This document shows positions 30,531 to 38,967 of a stretch of DNA of 64,000 nucleotides, one piece after another. Both the position numbers and the translations under genes were made by a program. The DNA is from a virus. The stretch is from positions 32,001-96,000 of IMG/VR virus record IMGVR_UViG_3300021963_005267, one strand, 5' to 3'. The notes under the pieces were generated by a model, which made no database searches, had not been told where the DNA came from, and saw only the letters and a list, made by a program, of their open reading frames with translations. Numbering within the stretch: position 1 is the first letter of the stretch; each line of letters begins with the position of its first letter.

Positions 30531-31673
30531 ATGCTTTTTATCCACGACACTGTAAGTCTTTGTAATACCTGCTACAGGCACGTTCCTGCTTTTGTGTTTG
30601 AACGTGACGGACAAATATTCCTAAAAAAGAAATGTCCATTCCACGGAGAAAGCGAAATATTAGTTGAGCCTGATGCTGCATTATTCCATAGTTTAGAATA
30701 TGTGTCTAGAGATGATCAGTCTATACTATTTGAAATCACTGATAAGTGCCAGCTAGAGTGTCCGCACTGTTATCACTTACCAGACAACAAAACACAAGAT
30801 AGAACGATAGATGATATACTTGAACAATTAAGGTCATTTCCAAAAGAGTCTTTTATAGTAATGGCTGGTGCCGAACCATCACTAAGACCCGACTTCATTG
30901 AAGTAGTAAAATCAATAAGCAGCATGAATCACTTTAATGATAATGCTGTTAACATTCTAACAAACGGTATTAAATTTAGCAGTGTGTCTTTTTGCGAACG
31001 AGCAGTAGATGCTGGGCTGAATAGTGCATTTATAGGATTGAATCATTATTCATATAACGGACCTAATGTGCATCAGCAGCAACTTACCGGAATACACAAC
31101 TTTATTAAAAGCGGCGGTAGAGTTGATATTGTTTCGTATACATTAGAAACATTAGATCATATACCTGATATATTAGACGAAGTTGCTAGTTTAAAAAATT
31201 CAGGTGTTGGACAGTTTAGAATACGATGCGGCAGTTTTATCGGACGCAGTTCTGATAGTCAACGTAGTTACATTAGCAACACGATAAAAGCTATCGAAAA
31301 CTATGTAGGTAAAGAAAATCTCAAGATGATACCGGGAACTGATCACAATCTGTATCACATTAATTTAATGTGGAATGGAGCGATGTTACGGATCATACAA
31401 TGGCCCGATGTTCAATCTATAGACATGGAAGAACTTAACATGGGTCCATACTGTCAGTTCTATGGAAAGCCGATAACAAATTTCGTTCATCAGGTTATAG
31501 TAAGAGATATCTACAAAAATATGAAATTTCCTTTGTATGACGGAGTTCCGAATAAGTTTACGATTTACGGAGATAAAACTTACTGGAGAGATACCTTTAC
31601 TGGTATGAAAGAGATTAGCGATTACGATTACAAATCTAATACATTGTTAGCAGATCGTGTACCCCAATTTTAA
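30531..31673 (+). CDS. Radical SAM protein with N-terminal Cys/His metal site
   Basis: TVSLCNTC...KKCPFHG; ITDKCQLECPHC; AGAEPS; LTNGI. Confidence 0.85.
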   Translation: MLFIHDTVSLCNTCYRHVPAFVFERDGQIFLKKKCPFHGESEILVEPDAALFHSLEYVSRDDQSILFEITDKCQLECPHCYHLPDNKTQDRTIDDILEQLRSFPKESFIVMAGAEPSLRPDFIEVVKSISSMNHFNDNAVNILTNGIKFSSVSFCERAVDAGLNSAFIGLNHYSYNGPNVHQQQLTGIHNFIKSGGRVDIVSYTLETLDHIPDILDEVASLKNSGVGQFRIRCGSFIGRSSDSQRSYISNTIKAIENYVGKENLKMIPGTDHNLYHINLMWNGAMLRIIQWPDVQSIDMEELNMGPYCQFYGKPITNFVHQVIVRDIYKNMKFPLYDGVPNKFTIYGDKTYWRDTFTGMKEISDYDYKSNTLLADRVPQF

Positions 31674-31675
31674 AA

Positions 31676-32272
31676 ATGAAGATAGCGATAACCGGACATA
31701 CAAACGGAATAGGTAAAGAACTAGATCTTTATTATCATAATAAAGGAATAGAAACTAAAACCTATAGCAGATCAACAGGGCACGATATATCAGATATCAG
31801 TGTTAGAAATAAAATTATCAGTGAAACACTAGACTGTGATGTGTTTATTAATAATGCATACGATACAGTTGGACAAACTGACATAGCCTCTAGATGGTTT
31901 GAAGAGCATAAAAATTCTCCTCACTTGTTAGTAAACATCAGCAGCATTGCACCCATAGCTGACAGATATATTAGTCCCAGGATAAAGCCTGTAGAGTATA
32001 CAGACTATGTTACACAAAAAAATGAGCTTGATAAAATCAGTTGGGATATTAATTTTGCAGGATTAGCTGCCAAGTGTATAAATGTGTCACCGGCTCTAGT
32101 CGACACAGACATGGCACATCCAGTCTATATCAAAAGATTTAAAGAGAATAACACTGTTATTAGTCCTAATGAATTGGCCACGATGATTGGCGAGTTAGTA
32201 GATCAATACTTTAACAAAAAGTGGTTTGTGCCGCACGTTTATCTAATAAACAACGATGCGTTCATTCAATGA
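31676..32272 (+). CDS. Short-chain dehydrogenase/reductase
   Basis: IAITGHTNGIG, VFINNA, VNISS, YVTQK (YxxxK), VSPALVDT. Confidence 0.85.
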   Translation: MKIAITGHTNGIGKELDLYYHNKGIETKTYSRSTGHDISDISVRNKIISETLDCDVFINNAYDTVGQTDIASRWFEEHKNSPHLLVNISSIAPIADRYISPRIKPVEYTDYVTQKNELDKISWDINFAGLAAKCINVSPALVDTDMAHPVYIKRFKENNTVISPNELATMIGELVDQYFNKKWFVPHVYLINNDAFIQ

Positions 32273-32919
32273 TCTGTTGAAAATAAACTAAGCGATAAAT
32301 TCAAACGCCTCTTGGTGTTATCCATATTTTCTACACTGTGTATTTTTGTTACGTCTAATCTATACCATTCGTCTTTCTGACAAATAACAGAATCAACTTT
32401 TTGTATGCGATCATATGGTATACAGGTCCTAGGAGTAATTTCTAAATGAGCAAATTCTGGCTTAGGATCATAAAAAACTGTTTCTACGTTATCACCGCCA
32501 GTATCTATGATGTAATTGTATGCAGTGCTCCTCATCAAATCCACGTGTGGAAAAAATATGTTTCCTCCGCGGAATTCGTGGACACTGGCAAAGATTTTAC
32601 CTAACGGTAAGTTTTCGCTCAGCCATTGATGCACACGGTCTGACACTGTCATAACACTAAAATAACAAACAGCATCACCAAACATCCATTCTGCTTCACC
32701 GCTGGGCACACCGAGATTGTTGTCTAAGTTTACATCTAATGGATGCTCGTTGTCTACATCATCTTGCAGTCCCGGAAGCATTAGAAATCTTTTGTATTCT
32801 GTTATAGGAATAAAAGATTGACGGCAACGTTCGAAATCGTTTATAATATCATCGATAATATATTGCGGTAACTTTGGAAAGTTTGTTTTTTCATATCGCA
32901 TAGTGAAATATTTATGCAC
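32266..32919 (-). CDS. Hypothetical protein, possible 2OG-Fe(II)/cupin fold
   Basis: FFPHVD ... IHSVEN ... RLNLSL. Confidence 0.55.
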   Translation of the reverse strand: MHKYFTMRYEKTNFPKLPQYIIDDIINDFERCRQSFIPITEYKRFLMLPGLQDDVDNEHPLDVNLDNNLGVPSGEAEWMFGDAVCYFSVMTVSDRVHQWLSENLPLGKIFASVHEFRGGNIFFPHVDLMRSTAYNYIIDTGGDNVETVFYDPKPEFAHLEITPRTCIPYDRIQKVDSVICQKDEWYRLDVTKIHSVENMDNTKRRLNLSLSLFSTDH

Positions 32920-32957
32920 AAAAAAACGATCATAAATATACCAATAAAGGAACTATA

Positions 32958-33197
32958 ATGAAAGCTATTGTATGGAGTAAGTATAACTGTCCCTACTGCG
33001 ATCAAGCAAAAGCACTGCTGACTGCAAAGGGCATTCAATTTGAAGAGCGTAAAATTGGTGACGGATTTACTAAAGAAGATTTATTAGAGGCTGTGCCAAA
33101 TGCTAGAACAGTACCTCAGGTATTTCTAGACGAAAAATTAATAGGTGGCTTCAACGAATTAAGAGCCCACTTGCAAAAGGAACAACATGCTAATTGA
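32958..33197 (+). CDS. Glutaredoxin
   Basis: CPYC, RTVPQVF, IGGF. Confidence 0.95.
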   Translation: MKAIVWSKYNCPYCDQAKALLTAKGIQFEERKIGDGFTKEDLLEAVPNARTVPQVFLDEKLIGGFNELRAHLQKEQHAN

Positions 33198-33477
33198 TAA
33201 AGGCGTTGCAGCCGGAGAAGTAGTAACATTGAAACTTTCTTCCGGAGAAGAAGTTATAGCCAAATTGATTGAGGAAACGGCGAATGGTTATAAAATTACC
33301 AAACCGTTAGTCCTTAGTATGAGTCAAAAGGGTGTAGGAATGATTCCTTATTTGTTTACCGTTAATCCTTCTAAAGAAATCGTTATCAACAAAACCCAAG
33401 TGACTGTTGTTGCACCAACAGACAAAGACTTTGCCACTCAGTATATAGAAGGTACTACTGGGATAGCGTTAGCATAA
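33187..33477 (+). CDS. Small Sm-like-fold phage protein
   Basis: VTLKLSSGEEVIA motif; beta-rich. Confidence 0.55.
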   Translation: MLIDKGVAAGEVVTLKLSSGEEVIAKLIEETANGYKITKPLVLSMSQKGVGMIPYLFTVNPSKEIVINKTQVTVVAPTDKDFATQYIEGTTGIALA

Positions 33478-33478
33478 G

Positions 33479-34537
33479 ATGTCAGGCCGTCCTGCTCAAC
33501 GTCTAACTGACAAAAACAGCGCCGGTGGTGTTATAGTTAACACCGACGGTAATACCAATGTTTATACAAACAATCTGTTATCGTCAGTTGACACTAGCGT
33601 CGTAGACTATCAGCCAGGAAATACAGCCACAGCCAGCGGTAGTGGCGTTGTGTTTATTGCCAATCAACCGTTTAACTATACTGATAATGCAGACGAAGAT
33701 GGTGCTGTGAGAATCGGTGGTAGTGACAGTGTATATGTGGGCGATGATATAGATCAGGACACAATAGAAACAAGAGCAGTTAATGAAGGTGACGAAGAAG
33801 ATCTATACGAACCAGATCCAGTGGCGCCAGGACAGCCACAACCTACTAGTCGTGGCCAGGTTTACATGGAGAAGCAGGTTGCACAAGGTAAAGTTAGCCA
33901 GAAAGAATTAAACAAAGCTAACACACCCGTAGAAGGTAATACTGACTCTAAGCCGCCAAACAATCCTACAACATTTGATAGCAACTGCGCTGATATACAT
34001 TTAATATTCAATCCTATTCCTCCTGCTGTTGCACCGACAGGAGATGCAATTGATGCCGTGCCGTTAACTACAGGATGGACTGTAGGTAGACTTACGCGAA
34101 GACCTAATGTAACTTTCAATCATCCATTGAGGGCACCTAGTGTAGGTTTAAGTGTTGAAGAGATTGTATGCAATCTTAAATTGCTCACAGTAAATTGCAT
34201 CGTCCCTATAAAGGCTAGGTTTCCAAATGTGTTCATAACTAACACGTTTAGACCATCGGGCATTGGTTCTCCTACTAGTCAACATCCTAGGGGACAAGCT
34301 GCTGATATGCAGTTCAGGGGCGTGACTAAAAAAGACTATTTTGAAATAGCACAGGTCATTAAGGATCTAGTACCGTATGACCAATTGTTGTTAGAATATA
34401 AAACTACAGGTTCAGGGTTACCCTGGATACATATAAGTTTTAACAAAGCAGGTAACCGAAGGCAGGTTTTAACGTTCTTGAACGATAGAACTTATGCACA
34501 AGGTTTAAAAGATTTATCAGGGACAGCATTACAATGA
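33479..34537 (+). CDS. PAAR-like N-terminal domain fused to C-terminal M15-family zinc peptidase
   Basis: PAQRLTD...TASGSGVVFIANQP...GGSDSVYVGD; C-terminal FRP..SQHPRGQAADM (HxxxxxxD) and WIHIS. Confidence 0.75.
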   Translation: MSGRPAQRLTDKNSAGGVIVNTDGNTNVYTNNLLSSVDTSVVDYQPGNTATASGSGVVFIANQPFNYTDNADEDGAVRIGGSDSVYVGDDIDQDTIETRAVNEGDEEDLYEPDPVAPGQPQPTSRGQVYMEKQVAQGKVSQKELNKANTPVEGNTDSKPPNNPTTFDSNCADIHLIFNPIPPAVAPTGDAIDAVPLTTGWTVGRLTRRPNVTFNHPLRAPSVGLSVEEIVCNLKLLTVNCIVPIKARFPNVFITNTFRPSGIGSPTSQHPRGQAADMQFRGVTKKDYFEIAQVIKDLVPYDQLLLEYKTTGSGLPWIHISFNKAGNRRQVLTFLNDRTYAQGLKDLSGTALQ

Positions 34538-34944
34538 AAAAATTATTTTGGAACGTATTAGGATTTTTAAGTTTAGGAATGGCCTATATTGGTGTTATTA
34601 CTCCGGGCATTCCCTACAGTCCGTTCGTAGTATTTGCCGCATATTGTTTTAGCAAAGGCAGCGAACGCATGCACCGTTGGATTTATAATCATAAGTTATT
34701 TGGACCATTCCTAACTAATTGGAATACCAAACGTGTATTTCCACAAAAGATGAAATACTTTATGATCGGTATGATGTCATTAAGTTTAATACTAATGTAT
34801 ACTGGAGGTGTTAAGCCAATTGGTATCGTTAGCACAGCTATATTCATGGCATTAGTAGCAATTTGGGCTTGGAGATTTCCAAGCAGTGTTGAAGAACACG
34901 ATCGTAGAAAAGAAGCAGGGGAGAAAATAGGTTGGCTAAAATAA
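34534..34944 (+). CDS. YbaN/DUF454-family inner membrane protein
   Basis: IGVITPGIPYSPFVVFAAYCFSKGSERMHRWI..HKLFGP. Confidence 0.85.
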   Translation: MKKLFWNVLGFLSLGMAYIGVITPGIPYSPFVVFAAYCFSKGSERMHRWIYNHKLFGPFLTNWNTKRVFPQKMKYFMIGMMSLSLILMYTGGVKPIGIVSTAIFMALVAIWAWRFPSSVEEHDRRKEAGEKIGWLK

Positions 34945-35189
34945 CTATAGAAGAACTTTGCGATATCGCATTCGCTGCTGAAGAGGGCGACCCAATTGAT
35001 TGGGGAGTGTTTGCAGATGGCAAAGAACAGGCAATGAGAATGATTGGTACTAGCATTTTGGACCAATTTGACAAAGATATTGTAACGGACGAAGATCGTT
35101 TGATTATGCTGTCTACTATTACTAAGTTAGTAACAGAAAATTTCGTTTTGAACGCAAAGCTCTTGCAATTAACCAAGAAAGATAGTTAA
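34932..35189 (+). CDS. Hypothetical protein
   Basis: TTG start with GGGGAG SD. Confidence 0.55.
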   Translation: MAKITIEELCDIAFAAEEGDPIDWGVFADGKEQAMRMIGTSILDQFDKDIVTDEDRLIMLSTITKLVTENFVLNAKLLQLTKKDS

Positions 35190-35192
35190 ATA

Positions 35193-35276
35193 ATGTTGTT
35201 AGATCTTTTATTTTTAGCAATCATTGGTGCCGCTTTCTATTGGTGGATTGATTGGCGCAACAAACATAAGGAATGA
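35193..35276 (+). CDS. 27-aa single-TM peptide (MLLDLLFLAIIGAAFYWWIDWRNKHKE), not in ORF track
   Basis: Hydrophobic N-terminus with basic tail; fills the gap before the next peptide. Confidence 0.45.
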   Translation: MLLDLLFLAIIGAAFYWWIDWRNKHKE

Positions 35277-35278
35277 TT

Positions 35279-35362
35279 ATGGGACGATTAGTTCAAAAAA
35301 GAGCAGCAAAGACGAAAAAAGCTCAACGTCAAAAAGATACACGCAGAGCTCGTAGTAAGTAA
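35279..35362 (+). CDS. 27-aa basic peptide (MGRLVQKRAAKTKKAQRQKDTRRARSK), not in ORF track
   Basis: TAAGGA SD upstream; 11 Lys/Arg residues. Confidence 0.6.
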   Translation: MGRLVQKRAAKTKKAQRQKDTRRARSK

Positions 35363-35364
35363 TC

Positions 35365-35442
35365 ATGGCTAGAAAATGGCGAGCACATCATAAGAGCTCT
35401 GTTCGTGCAACAGCACGTAGAGTTCTTAAGAAACGTAAGTAA
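35365..35442 (+). CDS. 25-aa basic peptide (MARKWRAHHKSSVRATARRVLKKRK), not in ORF track
   Basis: Starts 2 nt after the previous stop and ends just before the tmRNA. Confidence 0.55.
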   Translation: MARKWRAHHKSSVRATARRVLKKRK

Positions 35443-35797
35443 AGAATTGTTGTAACTCCTTCAAAGCGAAGGACTCTTGGACGCGGGTTCGACTCCCGCC
35501 AGGTCCACCATAAAATGTTTTTGTTGAGCTTGATGCTTTGACTGATCAACATAGCTACATAGGGTAGATAAGAACATTTTATAATGGGCCTGCACTGGTT
35601 TCGACAGGGGTAGATAGTAGAGACGGCAACACGGTAGGCGATGACCGTAAATCAAGCAAAACAAGTAAACGCAAACGCATTTACATCACAAGAGTTATTC
35701 GTAGTTAAAAGCGTTAAATTCGCTGCTAACGACGAAATGCTACAAGCAGCCTAATAAGCAACTCCGGGGCAGTTATGCCTTGTTACCCAAAATAACA
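35443..35797 (+). ncRNA. ssrA: Circularly permuted two-piece tmRNA: acceptor piece ending CCA at 35510, intervening segment 35511-35585, coding piece from 35586, tag frame 35671-35754; outer ends approximate
   Basis: T-arm GCGGG-TTCGACT-CCCGC then CAGGTCC-A-CCA; downstream GGGCCTG completes the acceptor stem with G3:U70; TTCGAC then AGGGGT pairs with ACTCTT; pk1-like ACGGT/ACCGT; TAAAC-GCA resume context; tag ends AA followed by two stops. Confidence 0.92.
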
Positions 35798-35826
35798 GAA
35801 ATGGCTACTTCGGTAGCCATTTTTTT
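35798..35826 (+). terminator. Intrinsic terminator after tmRNA
   Basis: AATGGCTAC-TTCG-GTAGCCATT plus T tract. Confidence 0.9.
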
Positions 35827-35827
35827 A

Positions 35828-35856
35828 TTGACAACATCCTAAAAGTATCATACACT
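35828..35856 (+). promoter_or_regulatory. sigma70 promoter
   Basis: TTGACA-17 nt-TACACT. Confidence 0.75.
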
Positions 35857-35897
35857 TAACCCGTAAACACATTTATCAACTCTTTTTGAAAGCTTTT

Positions 35898-36974
35898 ATG
35901 TCTTACTTTCTTAAATCAGGAAACACGTTCAAAGTCAGCACCAAAGAAGCAATGGATCTACACGATCACTTGCCCGTTGGTACTTACACAGTTGGCTTTG
36001 ACAAAATGAACGGTAATTTCTTCCTAGAGGAAATTGATTCATTTGAAATCAAAGGCAAGCTCTACGGAGATACCACACGTCATGCAGATCGAATCATTAG
36101 GACCTTTAATGATCGAGGTGCCAGCACCGGTGTAATGCTTACTGGTGAAAAGGGCAGCGGTAAAACACTACTGACCAAGCAGATCGCTATTAATGCTGCC
36201 AAAGAAGGTGTACCAACTATCGTTATCAATCAACCATGGTGCGGTGAAGGATTTAATGCTTTTATGCAAATGATCGAGCAGCCTACTATTGTGTTGTTTG
36301 ATGAGTTTGAAAAAGTGTATGATCGTGATGATCAGGAAAAGATGCTGACCTTGCTTGACGGTGTATATCCTAGCAAGAAACTGTTCTTGTTGACCTGTAA
36401 CGACAAGTGGCGTGTAGATAGCCATATGCGTAATCGTCCAGGCCGTATCTTTTACATGATTGACTTCAAAGGCCTTGACATGGATTTCATCAAAGAATAC
36501 TGCGAGGATAATCTAGAAGCCAAAGAACACATTATGACTATCTGCCGTATCGCTAGCTTGTTCGGCCAGTTTAACTTTGATATGCTCAAAGCAATGGTTG
36601 AAGAAATGAATCGCTACGGCGAAACTCCTCAAGATGTTCTTAAGCTGTTGAATGCTAAACCAGAGTTCAGCGATGAATCTCGTTACAAAGTTGAACTGCA
36701 AGTTGATGGTATTGATATCAAAGACGAAGTTGTTGAGACTCGCGAATGGCATGGTAATCCTCTCATCAAAGGTGTTAGCATTGATTACAAAAAGATCGAT
36801 GGCAAAGATGATGACGGTGATGATGTTTGGGATTGGGAACACTTGGCATTTACTACTAACGATCTTAAGCAGGTCGATCCTAATACTAACAAGTTCATTT
36901 TTATGGATGACGATGGTAACCGTTTGGTGCTGACTAAGATCAAAGAAAAGAGCTGGCACTATGATGCTTTCTAA
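35898..36974 (+). CDS. AAA+ ATPase
   Basis: Walker A GEKGSGKT, Walker B VLFDEFEK, LLTCN, RNRPGRI; start reassigned to MSYFLK. Confidence 0.9.
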   Translation: MSYFLKSGNTFKVSTKEAMDLHDHLPVGTYTVGFDKMNGNFFLEEIDSFEIKGKLYGDTTRHADRIIRTFNDRGASTGVMLTGEKGSGKTLLTKQIAINAAKEGVPTIVINQPWCGEGFNAFMQMIEQPTIVLFDEFEKVYDRDDQEKMLTLLDGVYPSKKLFLLTCNDKWRVDSHMRNRPGRIFYMIDFKGLDMDFIKEYCEDNLEAKEHIMTICRIASLFGQFNFDMLKAMVEEMNRYGETPQDVLKLLNAKPEFSDESRYKVELQVDGIDIKDEVVETREWHGNPLIKGVSIDYKKIDGKDDDGDDVWDWEHLAFTTNDLKQVDPNTNKFIFMDDDGNRLVLTKIKEKSWHYDAF

Positions 36975-37632
36975 AAGTATTTGGGATCTAGAGGTTGCAG
37001 TTGAGGAAGTATTTGAAACTTCCTCGACTGAGCCAATAGAGGAAAAAAGCATACAAAAGTTTGCTACAGTCCACCCTGATGATTTTGAGCCTGTAACTAT
37101 TGTTTCTCCCGATCTTAAGAATGGACCTTGGATCGCCGGAGGAGCAGTGTTACAGTGGTATCAAGGTCAGCCTGTTAATCACAGCGACATAGATATATTC
37201 TGCAAGGACGAGAATCAGATTGCAGATCTGTTGAATACATTTTATTCTAGAGACCATAGTAAAAAATGGTCTAGTGATAATGCAGAAACGTTTGATTACT
37301 ATCGAAGAAAAGATAATAAAACCTGGAGGATCCAGGTAATCAAAAGACGTACCTTTAAATCTATACAAGATGTTATTGACAGCTTTGATATCAGTGTATG
37401 TCAGATTGCCACTGCTGGCAATGAGTATATCACCGGATCAAAAACTATCGAGGATATAAAAAATAAGAAGTTACGATTCAAATATCCTCTACAGCCCGAT
37501 GCTGTAAAAAGATATACCAAATATGTTTGTTATGGTTATCTTCCCGATCCAGATCTTTGTAAAGCCATAGCAGAAAATGAAGATTCCAAATGGAATTTTA
37601 ATATGCAGGAAGATTACAACAATGCGTTCTGA
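36961..37632 (+). CDS. Nucleotidyltransferase head-domain protein (CCA-adding/poly(A) polymerase-like)
   Basis: WIAGGAV...SDIDIF; DSFDISVCQIA. Confidence 0.7.
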   Translation: MMLSKSIWDLEVAVEEVFETSSTEPIEEKSIQKFATVHPDDFEPVTIVSPDLKNGPWIAGGAVLQWYQGQPVNHSDIDIFCKDENQIADLLNTFYSRDHSKKWSSDNAETFDYYRRKDNKTWRIQVIKRRTFKSIQDVIDSFDISVCQIATAGNEYITGSKTIEDIKNKKLRFKYPLQPDAVKRYTKYVCYGYLPDPDLCKAIAENEDSKWNFNMQEDYNNAF

Positions 37633-37993
37633 ACACAGTTGGAGTTTGTTGACTCCTAAACCAATACACTTGTTTTTAAAATCACACGGCGAATACATTA
37701 CTTTCTGGAATGGAATAGTAATGCCATATAGTGCAGCTCTGTGCGTAGGACTAGAACTGATAGGCATATGGCCTAGTCCTGAAATGAAAGAAAAGATACA
37801 TCAAACCTTTGAAAAACTCTACTATACAGGAGCATTTCAAAATAGGAACTGGGATAGAATTGCAGAAAGCAAAGATATCCTTAATTACTACAAGCGAAAA
37901 ATGCAACCTCACGTAGTAAATCATTTTAAAAATTACACAGGGCCCGAGTTATTTGAAATGTTTGATTTGACAAAAGCGAGAGTTGAAGAATGA
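37622..37993 (+). CDS. Hypothetical protein
   Basis: Likely start MRSEH with GGAAG upstream. Confidence 0.5.
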   Translation: MRSEHSWSLLTPKPIHLFLKSHGEYITFWNGIVMPYSAALCVGLELIGIWPSPEMKEKIHQTFEKLYYTGAFQNRNWDRIAESKDILNYYKRKMQPHVVNHFKNYTGPELFEMFDLTKARVEE

Positions 37994-38217
37994 ACGAAAT
38001 TTTGCAATATATTTTAGTCAGTTTGGCAGTGTTGGTCATCGTTGTTAATATAGCCACTACCCTAAGTCCGAGGTTCCGTCGATGGGTATATTCTAAAGAT
38101 TAGAAATTAAATTCGGTAAGAAATTTTACACACACATAGACTAATAGATATATAAACTCATACTTTGCCGCGAAGTCAGAGACACACAAACAGTGGCAGG
38201 TATTCATTAAAAAGGAA

Positions 38218-38781
38218 TTGAAAATGAAAAAATTAGTAATCTTAGCCTCATTTTTGGCTGCAAGTACAGCATTTGCCGGTGGATTCGGCAGTGTTGAGTA
38301 TAGTGATCGCGACGGAGTGAACGGTAATGCAGATGCTCGTGCAACGAAAGTGACCATGGGTACAGATATTAATAGCATGCTCAAAGCTGATATTAGTTTA
38401 CGTCAAAAGACCAACACCAGCAACGATCTCAGCGACACACGTCTAGAAGCTGGTCTAACTGCTACACAACCAATTGGTGGTACAGGCCTTAGCGTTTACG
38501 GCCGCGGTGCTATTGGTGAAAAGTTTAAGACTTCAACAGACTATACCTACTACAGCGTAGAACCAGGCTTGAAGTATGCAGTAACACCAGCACTTTCAGT
38601 TAAAGCAGGATATCGTTATCGTGCAGCTACTGACAGCGTGAATGCAGATACAACACGTACCTGGAGAGCAGGAGTTGAGTATGCTGTAACTAAAAACTAC
38701 TTTGTTGGTCTAGGATATGACCGTGTTCGTGGCGACAGCGAATACAATGCAACAAACTTTGTAGTTGGTTTCAAGTTCTAA
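38218..38781 (+). CDS. Outer-membrane beta-barrel (porin-like) protein (start probably ATG 38224)
   Basis: Signal peptide ...ASTAFA; amphipathic beta strands; C-terminal VGFKF BAM-type signal. Confidence 0.85.
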   Translation: MKMKKLVILASFLAASTAFAGGFGSVEYSDRDGVNGNADARATKVTMGTDINSMLKADISLRQKTNTSNDLSDTRLEAGLTATQPIGGTGLSVYGRGAIGEKFKTSTDYTYYSVEPGLKYAVTPALSVKAGYRYRAATDSVNADTTRTWRAGVEYAVTKNYFVGLGYDRVRGDSEYNATNFVVGFKF

Positions 38782-38798
38782 TTGAAACTACTTCACAC

Positions 38799-38819
38799 AA
38801 GGCCCTTAGGGGCCTTTTT
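38799..38819 (+). terminator. Intrinsic terminator
   Basis: AAGGCCC-TTAG-GGGCCTT plus TTT. Confidence 0.8.
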
Positions 38820-38834
38820 ATTTCTAAATTTGAT

Positions 38835-38912
38835 ATTGATTTTTTCAATTACGGTAATAGAAATAATTATTAAAAAAACCTATTGAAATTGCATTTTAAT
38901 AGGATATATAAT
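38835..38912 (+). promoter_or_regulatory. OxyR-box-like site and sigma70 promoter for ahpC
   Basis: ATTG-N7-CAAT-N7-ATAG-N7-TATT, then ATTA-N7-CTAT abutting TTGAAA-18 nt-TATAAT. Confidence 0.55.
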
Positions 38913-38967
38913 GTACATACACAACAAAATGTTGTAGAAGTTTTCAAACACAGACTAAGGAGATACT

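Noticed and set aside
29017-31673. Radical SAM enzymes acting as PqqE for the pqqA peptide
   Set aside because: More than 8 kb away, no SPASM-type C-terminal Cys pattern and no PqqD-like partner
35471-35510. Stand-alone tRNA or tRNA-fragment integration site
   Set aside because: No anticodon arm or upstream 5' acceptor strand; the complementary strand lies downstream at 35586 and a tag frame follows, so it is a permuted tmRNA
35461-35664. 67-aa minus-strand ORF in the track
   Set aside because: Antisense shadow of the tmRNA
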